This document shows positions 8,534 to 18,689 of a DNA stretch of 64,000 nt, one piece after another; position 1 is the first letter of the stretch, and each line of letters starts with the position of its first letter. The stretch comes from a virus (Duplodnaviria; Caudoviricetes). The stretch lies in IMG/VR virus record IMGVR_UViG_3300016476_001378; one strand, written 5' to 3'. The notes beneath the pieces are model-generated. The model worked only from the letters and a program-made list of their open reading frames with translations, searched no databases and was not told the origin of the DNA. The position numbers were made by a program, and so were the translations under genes.

Positions 8534-9988
8534 TTAAACAACTACAGATAATTCAATATTCTTATCTTCAATATAGTCATCCTTCAAAGAATAAGAAGCT
8601 GGGAATGTTAAAGCAGATTCATCAATAATAACAGTGCCCTTGAAATTAATAATTTCGTTATCTTCATCAATTTCTTCATCATCATACTCGCCAAGTAAAT
8701 CAAATGCCGCTTCTGAAACAGATAATCTAACAATAGACTTTAATGCACGAGCCCCGGTTGCCATAGCAAATGCCTTTTCAACACAAGTTTCAATATAGGC
8801 CTCTGTAAATATTAAATTGTAGCCATTGTCTGCAAAGAGTTTCTTTTGAATTCTGATTGGCGAATGCTCAGTTTCAACCAAGATCTTTCTAAGCTCTTCC
8901 TTAGTGAGAGGCGCGAGAGCTACAATAGATGGGATTCTTCCAAGCAACTCGGTTAAGATTCCATAATCACCAAGGCTTTCAAGCAATACATCATAAGAGG
9001 CCTGGGACAGAATTTCATGAGTTCTCATTGCACGATCATACTCAGATTCTTTAGAATCATTTGATCGGAAACCAATCTTCTTTCCGCCATAGCCCATCTT
9101 CTTGGCTACAATGTCAGACAATCCAATAAAGGCCCCGCCGAACAAGAATAACATCTTACCTGTGTGCACAACAATTGAATCATGTGGATCCTTAGCCAAG
9201 CGAACTTGGCGCCCCTCTACAAGACGAAGTAGTGAGCTCTGAGTGCTCTTATTCATTACTTCACTCTTGCCTTCATGATGATAACTTGCAAGCTTGTCCA
9301 ACTCATCTACAAATACGATACCACGCTCAGCCAAAGTACTGATGCCCTTGGCCTTTTGAACGATTTCCATAATCATAGAATCAACATCAGCACCCTGGAA
9401 ACCAGTTGGTGAAAAAATAGTAGAATCAGATGATACAAATGGAACATTCAGCTTGCTTGCTATTGTATTCGCAAGAAGAGTCTTTCCACTCCCAGAAGGC
9501 CCAATCATTAAAACATGATGCGAGTTAGGAATTGTGTATGAATCATACTCAGATTCATTAGCGTAGTGCTCATGAACTGCAACACTAACAATCTTCTTAG
9601 GTGTAATTTGACCAACTACTGTTTTATCAATAGCTGAAAAAATCTCACGGGGATTTGGGACAATGTTGTCTTGCATGTGCTTCTTGATAAAAGAATTACG
9701 CTTAGATGCTGGAATAAGATCTAAAACCTTTTCCTTAAGCCTCCAGCCAGTCTCAGCCTCTTCAATAGAAGACAAACATTGCACAACCTTGGAGTTCAAT
9801 TCTATTTGACCAATTCTGCGACCACGCTCAAATGGAGCTAGGCATTCTTTACAAACCCAAATGTCACGATTCTGAATTGTCAGTTCTTTGCCTTTGTTTT
9901 GAACATCACCCTCTTGTGATGGCTTTTTGCAAATTAAACAGAGATTTGTATCGATGTCATCTGTTGGTGGATCTATTTTTACTTTCAA
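8534..9988 (-). CDS. clpX: ATP-dependent Clp protease ATPase subunit ClpX
   Basis: N-terminal C4 zinc finger, 'VVGQ', Walker A GPSGSGKT, 'DELDK', IGF loop 'KIGF', 'ELLGR', 'TGARAL'. Confidence 0.92.
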   Translation of the reverse strand: MKVKIDPPTDDIDTNLCLICKKPSQEGDVQNKGKELTIQNRDIWVCKECLAPFERGRRIGQIELNSKVVQCLSSIEEAETGWRLKEKVLDLIPASKRNSFIKKHMQDNIVPNPREIFSAIDKTVVGQITPKKIVSVAVHEHYANESEYDSYTIPNSHHVLMIGPSGSGKTLLANTIASKLNVPFVSSDSTIFSPTGFQGADVDSMIMEIVQKAKGISTLAERGIVFVDELDKLASYHHEGKSEVMNKSTQSSLLRLVEGRQVRLAKDPHDSIVVHTGKMLFLFGGAFIGLSDIVAKKMGYGGKKIGFRSNDSKESEYDRAMRTHEILSQASYDVLLESLGDYGILTELLGRIPSIVALAPLTKEELRKILVETEHSPIRIQKKLFADNGYNLIFTEAYIETCVEKAFAMATGARALKSIVRLSVSEAAFDLLGEYDDEEIDEDNEIINFKGTVIIDESALTFPASYSLKDDYIEDKNIELSVVV

Positions 9989-10034
9989 TTTGAACTCCTA
10001 ATAGTTTGATAGTTTATTATGGTATTTTGCAACC

Positions 10035-12248
10035 TTATTTCTTAATTCTATTTGCAATTTTCTCTTGCAAAGTTGTATTTCTTCGGGCCTCTTTTGTATT
10101 ATTAATAGCGCTTCTTACAGCGTTAGAGGTTCCTACTACAATACAGATTCTTTTGGCTCTTGTAATGCCTGTGTAAAATAAATTTCTTTGCAGCATAGTT
10201 GTTTGTGAATCGTGCGCTAAAATAATAACAGCTGGAAATTCTCCACCTTGAGATTTATGAACTGTGATACACCAAGCATGTTGTAAATCATCTAATTCGT
10301 GCTGCTTATAGATTGTAACATCATTTAAGTCTGGAAACTTTACTCCTATTTGTACAGGAGAAACACTTTTATTTATACCTACAATTTTGCCCATGTCTCC
10401 GTTAAAGACATTTTTGTCATAGTCATTTTTAATCTGCATGACTTTGTCACCAACTCTAAAAATTCTGGGGCCACCTGAAAGCATACCAGCCTGAACCTCT
10501 TCTTTATTTGGAGCTGAAGGGTTTAGTACTTCTTGCAACTTAGGATTGATGTCATTTACACCTAAACCCTTTTCTCTCATAGGTGTGAGAATTTGAATGT
10601 CGTCAACAGTGATGTTTCTTTCATTCACCTTGACAGCAGGAAGAGTTTTTTGCACAAGATGTTTAACAATCTGAATAACATCATCAATCTTCTCAGCTCC
10701 AGCAAATAAAAAGTTTCTGCCCTTAGCTTGGCTTGGGACAACAAGATCTGGCATTTGTCCAGTAATAACATTATGGGCTGCCATGACAATAGCAGACTTA
10801 GCGTCCTGCCGGAACACTTTGTTCAATCTTACATAAGGTATCCTGTCGCTGTTAATCAAATCTTTCAAGATGTTACCAGGCCCCACAGAAGGCAACTGAT
10901 CAGCATCGCCCACAAGAATCAATCTGTCATTAGATTCCATGGCCTTAAGAAGATTATTAAACAATAGCAGATCAACCATAGATGTTTCATCAACAAGCAC
11001 ACAATCTGTTTTTAAAGGATTTGATTCATTAAATTCAAAACCGCCCTCTTGAGATACTTTTAGAAGTCTATGAATGGTTTTAGCATCTCTCATCGTAGAT
11101 TCACACAGTCTTTTAGCAGCTCTACCTGTGGGAGAACATAACTCAAATGTAATCTTATGATATTCCATTAAGGAACAAATAGCTCTAGTGATAGTTGTCT
11201 TGCCAGAACCAGGGCCACCTGTGATGATAAAGATACGATTGTTCAAAGCAGACATGATTGCCGTTTTCTGCTCATCGGAGAATGTAAAATTACCCATTCC
11301 AATAGTGGCCAAATCAGTTTCTAAATCTTGGGTGGTTTTATAGTAAGTTCTTCCCATGTACTTTGACATGTCAGATAGCATTTCCACTACATTGTTTTCA
11401 GCTTGGTTTATAGAGGAAAGATAGATCTTATCATCCTTAATAACAAGGGGCCCCTTTTTTGCCAATGCTTTCATTGCGTTTAATACATCTAATAGATTAA
11501 CATCATTCTGCAAAAGATAAGTTGCCTGTTCTCCTACAGTTTGATGATCAAGATAGCAATGACCACCCTGCATTAAAGCTGTTTCCATGATGAACATGAT
11601 TGCAGCTTCAGTCCGCGCAGGAGAATCTCTTTTAATGCCTGACTTTAATGCAATCTCATCAGCTTTGTGGAATCCAATACCACTAACTTCTGTCAGACGA
11701 TAAGGATCCTTGTCAACAACGTATTGTGAGTTCTCTTCAAAATGTGCATGAATCTTCATCGCAGCATTCACACTGATGCCAAATTTCATAAGATAAGACA
11801 TTAGCTTGTGGGCAGAGCGATTTGCAATCCATTGCTCTTCAATTAGTCTAGCCTTATTCTCTGGCAACCCAACAACTTTGTAGACCTTGGAGATGTCTTC
11901 ATCAAGAATAGAAAGCGCATTGGCCCCAAAATGTTCAGCTACTAAGCGAGCCATAGCTTTACCAATTCCATTAAATGAGGGGCCCGAAAGATAATTCACA
12001 ACGCCTTCAATGGAAGAGAATCCCTTTTCTTCAATCTCTTTGACTTTAAATTGGAGACCATACTTTGGGTGTTCTATCTTTTGGCCATAGGCACTGATAA
12101 CAACACCTGGTGCAAAATTAGGCATGTCGCCAACCAGTGTTGCAACATTGCCGCCGCTATCAACCTCTACACGAAGGATTGCGTATCCACTGTCAAAAGT
12201 TTTTTGGCTAAGAACTTCGCCCTTGATTAATTGGAAATCTGTATCCAT
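10035..12248 (-). CDS. recD2: RecD2-like SF1B DNA helicase
   Basis: HhH N-terminus, TGGPGSGKT, 'PTGRAA', 'DETSM', 'GDADQLPSVG', 'TVHKSQG', 'YTGITRA'. Confidence 0.95.
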   Translation of the reverse strand: MDTDFQLIKGEVLSQKTFDSGYAILRVEVDSGGNVATLVGDMPNFAPGVVISAYGQKIEHPKYGLQFKVKEIEEKGFSSIEGVVNYLSGPSFNGIGKAMARLVAEHFGANALSILDEDISKVYKVVGLPENKARLIEEQWIANRSAHKLMSYLMKFGISVNAAMKIHAHFEENSQYVVDKDPYRLTEVSGIGFHKADEIALKSGIKRDSPARTEAAIMFIMETALMQGGHCYLDHQTVGEQATYLLQNDVNLLDVLNAMKALAKKGPLVIKDDKIYLSSINQAENNVVEMLSDMSKYMGRTYYKTTQDLETDLATIGMGNFTFSDEQKTAIMSALNNRIFIITGGPGSGKTTITRAICSLMEYHKITFELCSPTGRAAKRLCESTMRDAKTIHRLLKVSQEGGFEFNESNPLKTDCVLVDETSMVDLLLFNNLLKAMESNDRLILVGDADQLPSVGPGNILKDLINSDRIPYVRLNKVFRQDAKSAIVMAAHNVITGQMPDLVVPSQAKGRNFLFAGAEKIDDVIQIVKHLVQKTLPAVKVNERNITVDDIQILTPMREKGLGVNDINPKLQEVLNPSAPNKEEVQAGMLSGGPRIFRVGDKVMQIKNDYDKNVFNGDMGKIVGINKSVSPVQIGVKFPDLNDVTIYKQHELDDLQHAWCITVHKSQGGEFPAVIILAHDSQTTMLQRNLFYTGITRAKRICIVVGTSNAVRSAINNTKEARRNTTLQEKIANRIKK

Positions 12249-12413
12249 TTTGCTAGAACCTCTTTTATTCGTTGCTATGTTATCGTGTGCCTTGAGGTAA
12301 AATAGGTTTTCAGTTTTTTGAACCCCTACTTAGAGGTATATTATCTCTTAATATTTGTTATTAATTTATTATTAAATTATTATTAAATAGGTATTTATAA
12401 ATCCGGTTTTAGA

Positions 12414-12441
12414 AGGAGTAGGATAGGAGACTCTGTAAAAT
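12414..12441 (+). promoter_or_regulatory. Putative late promoter AGG-N19-TAAAAT
   Basis: Recurring motif in the divergent intergenic region. Confidence 0.5.
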
Positions 12442-12518
12442 AGTAATACGTGTATTAATTGAAATTATTTATCAATTATGACCTTGCTTTAAAAAACAAA
12501 TTATGAGGTTAATTCTTT

Positions 12519-12800
12519 ATGGGTGGTAATTATAATATGAGTGCTCCTGGAAGCAATGTAATAACCGATCATGGTTATGGTGAGTGGGTAGTTGTACTCT
12601 ATAACCCAAGTGGCCCCTGTGGTTTGTTCCGTGGCAATTTATTAGTTGCAAAGGACTTTCACACAATCTATGGTTATAGAACTTTAAAAAATGGTGATAA
12701 AGAAAAGAAGATTTTGGCCTCATTCCCAAGCCAAAATGTAGCTTTTGTTTATGACTCAAGATTTATCGAAGATGTAGATGGTGAGGACGTAGAGGAATAA
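12519..12800 (+). CDS. Hypothetical protein
   Basis: GAGG RBS; acidic tail. Confidence 0.65.
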   Translation: MGGNYNMSAPGSNVITDHGYGEWVVVLYNPSGPCGLFRGNLLVAKDFHTIYGYRTLKNGDKEKKILASFPSQNVAFVYDSRFIEDVDGEDVEE

Positions 12801-12809
12801 TCTGCAATT

Positions 12810-13076
12810 ATGTGGTATTTTTCTAAAACAATCAGAACAGCCGCAAGCTCTTATGAAGAGAAAATCATAAGAGCTGATGCTGAACGCATAGCTCGAAGAC
12901 GATTATATTATCAGGGAGATGCAAATCCCAATTTACAAAAGGTTGCAAAAATCGTAGAATTAGCAATTTCAAATTTAAAAGACAAATTTGGAAACTTAGA
13001 TAAAATCAGAAGAGCTTCGTCTTCTGAAAATTTAAATTCAATAATCGAAGAGGCCGTGATAGAAATTTTGCCTTAA
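12810..13076 (+). CDS. Small protein with an MWY…RTA leader
   Basis: Begins MWYFSKTIRTAAS. Confidence 0.7.
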   Translation: MWYFSKTIRTAASSYEEKIIRADAERIARRRLYYQGDANPNLQKVAKIVELAISNLKDKFGNLDKIRRASSSENLNSIIEEAVIEILP

Positions 13077-13087
13077 AAAAACATACA

Positions 13088-13792
13088 ATGGCATCGGCAC
13101 TTGAAAAGGTGGTACAGGCGATGTCAATTTTATCAAACATTGAACAGAAACTCTATAGGACAAACTTTAAGTCAGAAGATTTAAGACAACAAGCTTATTT
13201 AGCAGTACATGCTACAGTTTCTAGAAACAAAGAGGTTTCTAGAACATACATTGTAAATAAACAACACAGCGCAAATGAGTTAGATAAAGTTCTCACTCAT
13301 TTGCTTTTCATAGACCACACTAAATGTGTAGAATTAACAAATAAGTTAATTGCAAGCTTTCAAATCTCAACTAAGCAAATCTTTTCACTCAACGCAGAGG
13401 AAAAAGAAGAATTGCTTCTTATGGTTGAAGATTTACTTTTGAATGGCTGGGGCAAAGGTGAAGTTTGTTATGAAAAACTCAGACTGTCTCCAAATAACAA
13501 ATGCAGTTTAAGCCTTTGGTTAAACACCCAAAGCATTTTAAAATCAGAAAAATATGCAAAATTATTATCATTGCTCTCTAAAAGAATAGATGATAGTGAA
13601 GTGTATTTAGACACACTTAATAAAGTTTTTACTTCAGGGAACCGAAGATACAATCCATCGATACTTTCTAAATCTTATGAATTATTATTAGAAAAGAATT
13701 GGCGCAGCAATTGGGCCCATAATTCTAATTATTTTATTTTACCAGATGAAGAGGCTCTTTTATCTAATTTAGTTTTCATGGAGGAAATTTAA
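13088..13792 (+). CDS. Hypothetical protein
   Basis: 234-aa ORF within an operon. Confidence 0.65.
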   Translation: MASALEKVVQAMSILSNIEQKLYRTNFKSEDLRQQAYLAVHATVSRNKEVSRTYIVNKQHSANELDKVLTHLLFIDHTKCVELTNKLIASFQISTKQIFSLNAEEKEELLLMVEDLLLNGWGKGEVCYEKLRLSPNNKCSLSLWLNTQSILKSEKYAKLLSLLSKRIDDSEVYLDTLNKVFTSGNRRYNPSILSKSYELLLEKNWRSNWAHNSNYFILPDEEALLSNLVFMEEI

Positions 13793-14377
13793 ATGAGAAG
13801 CAAGTTGATTTTAATTACAGCTGTTAGAAATGAAAAAAATCAAACTTTTATTACCCTTAATGGTAGTCAAGAAATAGTTTTAGAAAATTATTCTGGAGCC
13901 CCTATTAAAAGTGGTAGATTTTGCATAGTTTGTTTTTCCTCAAAGGGTAAATTGTTGTCATTCTATTTAATAGACTCCAAACATAAGCCTTTCCAAGTCT
14001 ATGGCAGCATTGACGCTTTAACAGAAGGCAGCAATATTTGTGATGATACAATCGCATTATTGAAAGAAAATGCTTATGCTACGCAGATTTGCGTTAGCAG
14101 CTTTAACACCTTGAATAAAAATCAGATTGAAGATAACAAGATAAAGTTATTAGAATTTGAAAGTCAAGTTTTTGATAGTTTATTGTCTCACAAAACAGGC
14201 TGGAAAACAGCTAAGAGAAAGATTATAGGCTTGCTTCAAACTGCAGATCTGCAAGATTCTATTAAGAATAGTTTTTTAGGGGCCATCAGCATAGCTCCAA
14301 TGCCCAAAGTTGCCATAAACAAAACTATAGAATTAAATTTAGAAGATTATCCGTACAGTAAGATTATTAGGTACTAG
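13793..14377 (+). CDS. Hypothetical protein
   Basis: 194-aa ORF with a GGAGG RBS. Confidence 0.65.
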   Translation: MRSKLILITAVRNEKNQTFITLNGSQEIVLENYSGAPIKSGRFCIVCFSSKGKLLSFYLIDSKHKPFQVYGSIDALTEGSNICDDTIALLKENAYATQICVSSFNTLNKNQIEDNKIKLLEFESQVFDSLLSHKTGWKTAKRKIIGLLQTADLQDSIKNSFLGAISIAPMPKVAINKTIELNLEDYPYSKIIRY

Positions 14378-14768
14378 GGAATAAAGCTTCTTGAGCCCTG
14401 TTAAATTGCACAGCTTGGTTTTTGCAAATTGGGCATGCACTATCTAAATTCCAAATCATTTTCCCTGATGGTAGGGTTTCAATTCTCTGCTGGCATTTAC
14501 ATCCATCATGTGGTGCTATAGGCATTACAGGATTTGGCGCTGGCCTTACTGACTGCGGTGCTGGCTCTGGAGCTTCTATAGGTGCTGTGCCAATGTCTGT
14601 ATTGATTTCCTCTGGTATTGCTTGCTCTAAATCAGGTATGGGTGATACTACATCACCAGGTGTATTTGGATCATCAACCTCTTCTTCTTCGGCAAAAGGT
14701 AAAACGCCACGCTTCTTTTCGAGAAGTTTTTTAGTTAAAGGTTTGTAAGCAATTCTTGTGTACCACAT
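14367..14768 (-). CDS. Small protein with an MWY…RIA leader and an HxxCxC/CxxC motif resembling MuF-type head morphogenesis proteins
   Basis: MWYTRIA, 'PHDGCKC' and 'CPIC'. Confidence 0.6.
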   Translation of the reverse strand: MWYTRIAYKPLTKKLLEKKRGVLPFAEEEEVDDPNTPGDVVSPIPDLEQAIPEEINTDIGTAPIEAPEPAPQSVRPAPNPVMPIAPHDGCKCQQRIETLPSGKMIWNLDSACPICKNQAVQFNRAQEALFPST

Positions 14769-14774
14769 AATTTT

Positions 14775-14802
14775 ATTTTACATTTACATTTATCTAATCC
14801 CT
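14775..14802 (-). promoter_or_regulatory. Putative late promoter AGG-N19-TAAAAT, probably giving a leaderless mRNA
   Basis: The -10-like box ends 6 nt before the ATG at 14768. No Shine-Dalgarno sequence. Confidence 0.55.
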
Positions 14803-14833
14803 GTACAAATGTAATTAATTATGAGGTACAACA

Positions 14834-15883
14834 ATGTCTAATCATTTCAATCCAGAAAAAGTAATCGATTTTAATATTGACTATTATGCCATCTTAGGCT
14901 TAGAAAAGGGCTGCTTGCCTGATGGCAACACCAAATCAGAGCGTGAAAGAATCACAGACATTCTGAACAGAGCTTATAAGAAAGCGGCTTTTGGAACCCA
15001 CCCTGATTTTGCAAGATCTACTGAAGAGCGTGAGATTTTAAACGAGAAGTTTAAAATGGTTGTTAGAGCCCATACAATTCTATCAAACCCTCTTTATAGA
15101 GACTATTACGAGAGTGGCGGAGAAGTTAGACCATCAACTGTAGAAGACGGTAATTCTATGGAAGTTGATTGGAGTAAGATTGGAACTTACCGCGAGGGTA
15201 TGTTGGAAGATACTGTTGGAAACACAATCTTTTTAAACATTTGTAATAGGGCCTCTAATTTAAATTTGGTTCCTGCTTTTAAGCCTTCTATGGAAGCTCA
15301 CAACTTTGAATGGGACTGGGTTGTATCAGGTGTTGAAATCCGCCCTGGGGAACCTACCAAGCTGGCCTTGGCATGTGTCAATGATGAAAGCAGTGTATTA
15401 AAGCTAACTACTGGTGAAAGCCTTGAAGATTCTTTACCTTTTAAGATTTACTTTTGCATACCGCGCGGGGCTTTACATTTTCTAAGAGAACCTGCTAAAG
15501 AGTATAGTCTTGGTGATGGCCCAGACGCCCCTAAATTCAGTCTTTCAGGCACTTTCAAGGCTGCTGTTTATTCCGACATCAATTTATTAGAATCTACTTC
15601 TATGAATGAAGTTTTAGAATACATTAAAGAAGGGGGCCAATTAGAAAAAGATCTTGAGGCCCTAAGAGATGGCACACTTGTTGAGAAACAAAGACAACTC
15701 GATAGGCAAACAAACCAATCACAATGGCTTACAACTGATCAAGTTAAAGAACTGGATGCCAAAAAGCTTAGGAATATTTTAATTGCTAAGACTTTTGTTA
15801 CAAAGAAAGATGAAAATGCAGCAAATTTCATCGACAATCTTCCTGATAATATAGTCAGGAAGAAGGCCAAATATCAGCGTTGA
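14834..15883 (+). CDS. J-domain protein (class C) with an uncharacterised C-terminal domain
   Basis: 'DYYAILGL', 'AYKKAA…THPD', 'AHTILSNP…RDYY'. Confidence 0.85.
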   Translation: MSNHFNPEKVIDFNIDYYAILGLEKGCLPDGNTKSERERITDILNRAYKKAAFGTHPDFARSTEEREILNEKFKMVVRAHTILSNPLYRDYYESGGEVRPSTVEDGNSMEVDWSKIGTYREGMLEDTVGNTIFLNICNRASNLNLVPAFKPSMEAHNFEWDWVVSGVEIRPGEPTKLALACVNDESSVLKLTTGESLEDSLPFKIYFCIPRGALHFLREPAKEYSLGDGPDAPKFSLSGTFKAAVYSDINLLESTSMNEVLEYIKEGGQLEKDLEALRDGTLVEKQRQLDRQTNQSQWLTTDQVKELDAKKLRNILIAKTFVTKKDENAANFIDNLPDNIVRKKAKYQR

Positions 15884-15974
15884 TCTTTGGCTTTTAACAG
15901 GACCAAACCCCATTTAGAAAGAAACTTGATACTGGGATAATCAAATCAGTCCTACAAAGGCAGGAGGAAAAGAA

Positions 15975-17348
15975 GTGGCCAAACCACGACATATTTTTGT
16001 TATAGATACATGTGTAGTTCTCCATGACCCATTAGCTTTATATAAGTTCGGTGAGCATGATATCTATTTGCCGTTAGCCGTTATTGATGACTTAGATGAC
16101 ATTAAAACTAGACCAGGAAACATTAGCTGGAGTGCAAGAGAAGTATTTAGAATATTAGATAAAATAGATCTCAAAACAATGGTTGACAAGGGCGTTGTTA
16201 TTAATGAAGAAAAGGGCAAGCTTTTCATTTATAATACCGAAGCACCTCTTACTAAAAATGAGACCCCAAACATTGTTAAAGTTAATAGTGATAACGCTAT
16301 AATCAACGCTGCCATTTCTTTAAAGAATAAATTCCCAAACAGACCTGTAACAATTATTACCAAGGATACTGGGCTTCGTGTAAGAGCAAACGCTTGGGGA
16401 TGCAATGCTGAAAATTATCAAGCAGATTTAATTGATGTAAAGCCTTTCACAGGCATGTCAGAGTATGAAGTAACAGAAGAGTCAGACTGGACAACACTCT
16501 GGCAGAATGAATTAGTTGAAATTAACAAGCTTTCTTCTGGTTTAAAAGAAAGATTGAAAGACATTTATCCAAATGAATTTGCCATTTTTGTCTATGGTGA
16601 TTCAAAGTGTCCAACCTATCACAAGGATGGCACTCTTAAAGTTTTGAAGGAAAAATACACTGGGAAGCAAGCTTACTCTGGTGTAACTGGTAAAAACTTG
16701 GAGCAAAAATGCGCCCTTGAAATTTTAAACGATAATACTGTACCACTTGTAACATTAATTGGTGCTGCGGGAACTGGTAAATCATTCTTGGCTATTGCAG
16801 CTGCATTGCAGATGATTAATGATCAACATTCTGGCTACGAGAAAATTGTAGTTATGAAGCCTTTGATCCCAGTTGGTGGTAAAGACATTGGTGCATTGCC
16901 AGGCGATAAATTTGAAAAGATTTCTGCTTGGTTGGGCCCCATTAAAGATAACATTGATCAAATTCTTGGCTCAAAATCCATGACTGCAGAAAACATGTTT
17001 GAAGAAATGGTAAGAGAAGGAATGATTGAGGTAGAGGCCATGGCTTTTATCCAGGGAAGATCAATCGCAAATGCCATCATTATTCTTGACGAATCTCAAA
17101 ATATCACACCTAGAGAAGCTAGAATGGTTGTCGAGAGATGTGGAAAGAATTCTAAGGTAATTTTACTAGGCGACCCTTCACAGGTTGAGAATTCTTACTT
17201 AGATGCGCGCTCAAACGGCTTAGCACATGCTGTTATGGGTGGAAAGAAATTAAAAGAATGTGCTACAGTAACATTAACTAAGGTGGAAAGATCTGTTTTG
17301 GCTTCTGTAGCTTCAACAATCTTTAACGCACCAGAGGCTAGAAGATAA
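15975..17348 (+). CDS. phoH: PIN-PhoH (PhoH2/YlaK-type) ATPase
   Basis: PIN motifs 'VIDTCVVLHDP' and 'ITKD'. PhoH motifs GAAGTGKS, 'IGALPG', 'QGRSI', 'DESQN', 'GDPSQ'. Upstream AGG-N19-GAAAC (15899-15925). Confidence 0.92.
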   Translation: MAKPRHIFVIDTCVVLHDPLALYKFGEHDIYLPLAVIDDLDDIKTRPGNISWSAREVFRILDKIDLKTMVDKGVVINEEKGKLFIYNTEAPLTKNETPNIVKVNSDNAIINAAISLKNKFPNRPVTIITKDTGLRVRANAWGCNAENYQADLIDVKPFTGMSEYEVTEESDWTTLWQNELVEINKLSSGLKERLKDIYPNEFAIFVYGDSKCPTYHKDGTLKVLKEKYTGKQAYSGVTGKNLEQKCALEILNDNTVPLVTLIGAAGTGKSFLAIAAALQMINDQHSGYEKIVVMKPLIPVGGKDIGALPGDKFEKISAWLGPIKDNIDQILGSKSMTAENMFEEMVREGMIEVEAMAFIQGRSIANAIIILDESQNITPREARMVVERCGKNSKVILLGDPSQVENSYLDARSNGLAHAVMGGKKLKECATVTLTKVERSVLASVASTIFNAPEARR

Positions 17349-17350
17349 AA

Positions 17351-18556
17351 ATGGCAGCAACAACGTCTTGGGTATCTTATGACAATGCACCTAGTTTTGG
17401 TGTTTTACAAGAAGATTTACCTTTTGTTTCATTAGATTTAACAAATGATATCAAAGTGGTAGGACTTAAATTCCACGGGTCTGAAATAGACTACGTTGAT
17501 ATTTTCCTCCAAGACAAGTTTGCCGACATTTATTATAGTGACTCTACTCCAAATGAATACAGTGTAGATTTAACATTAAAAAGCATTTCTTTAGAAGCTG
17601 CAAAGTTTTGGACAAAAAATGTTTATGCTATGGCAACTAGCGCAGATGCATTGTCAGCTACTTATGACAATGGGGCATCTGGCGTTGGTGCAACATTAAC
17701 AAACTCTGGAACCCAGGCCCCTTTAGAAATTGATGGAATCAAGTTGTCAATTAATGACATTGTTTTTATCAAATATTTGTCTTCGACAAACAGTGCTCAT
17801 TATGGTATCTACACTGTAACTAATTTGGGAAGTGACACAACAAACTGGGTTTTAACAAGGACAGAAGACACAGATTCTGGTAAAGAACTATTAGACATGG
17901 TTGTTGTTGTCACAGCTGGCACATCATATGCTGGCACCAATTGGAAAATCAACAACACAAGTATCACAGTAGGTACAACTGGACTTACCTTTACTGAAAT
18001 TACAAGTACAGCAGATCTAGAAGCAAATGTAACATGGACAGAGCTAATTGCTGAAAGCACAGGAAGTATGGTAAGATTTTCTGTTAACAAGACTGCAAAT
18101 GACAGAACTTTAAGGTTAGACCGCAAGTTTGAAGCTTATTCTTACAAAATAGCACTTAGATTGACTACATCTTTAGCGAATTTTCAAGTAAGAAATTGGA
18201 AGTTAAATACAGAATTTAAAACTATAGTTCCAGAAACCAGTAGCAGACCTGTTAAAATTTTCTCGTCTCCAGATTTCCCTGTATTGAGACAAACAATGAC
18301 TGTAGAATATTATCAACCAACTACAACGAGCGATAATGTAACGTATTCTACAGGAAAAACTTGGACTTCCGTTGATAAAATAGAAGTATTCAAGCAACCA
18401 AGCGGTGGGGCAATAACTCCTGTTTCTGCAAATACTTATGTTGCGAATGGAATGTTGGGAACTATTTCGTTCCTAGTGGCTCAGCTGCCAACAGACACCA
18501 TAACTGTAACAATTAGTAGACCTTTAACAACTGAGCAAACTACAACACCAATTTAA
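17351..18556 (+). CDS. Virion structural protein sharing two modules with the giant tail proteins
   Basis: Contains the 'IDG.L…GIY.V…W.L.R' fibre module and the 'PTTTSDN.TY…W' module. Confidence 0.75.
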   Translation: MAATTSWVSYDNAPSFGVLQEDLPFVSLDLTNDIKVVGLKFHGSEIDYVDIFLQDKFADIYYSDSTPNEYSVDLTLKSISLEAAKFWTKNVYAMATSADALSATYDNGASGVGATLTNSGTQAPLEIDGIKLSINDIVFIKYLSSTNSAHYGIYTVTNLGSDTTNWVLTRTEDTDSGKELLDMVVVVTAGTSYAGTNWKINNTSITVGTTGLTFTEITSTADLEANVTWTELIAESTGSMVRFSVNKTANDRTLRLDRKFEAYSYKIALRLTTSLANFQVRNWKLNTEFKTIVPETSSRPVKIFSSPDFPVLRQTMTVEYYQPTTTSDNVTYSTGKTWTSVDKIEVFKQPSGGAITPVSANTYVANGMLGTISFLVAQLPTDTITVTISRPLTTEQTTTPI

Positions 18557-18557
18557 A

Positions 18558-18650
18558 AGGTTAAATGATAAATTATTTTGTAAATATAAGTGTAATAAAA
18601 AATTAAAAGTAATGGAATACAAAGGTAATTTTAGATTACACTTATAAAAT
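18558..18650 (+). promoter_or_regulatory. Tandem putative late promoters
   Basis: AGG-N20-TAAATA (18558-18586) and AGG-N19-TAAAAT (18623-18650). Confidence 0.55.
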
Positions 18651-18689
18651 TTTAATAAATTGATTACTTTAGGCACCAGAGAGAATTCT

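Noticed and set aside
12258-12298. ACCTC/GAGGT anti-Shine-Dalgarno pairing at recD2 (also at 2216/2246)
   Set aside because: Only 5 bp, and there is no co-oriented upstream gene, so it may be chance.
15975-17348. PIN domain as a toxin-antitoxin toxin
   Set aside because: It is the standard PIN-PhoH fusion, and there is no small upstream antitoxin gene.
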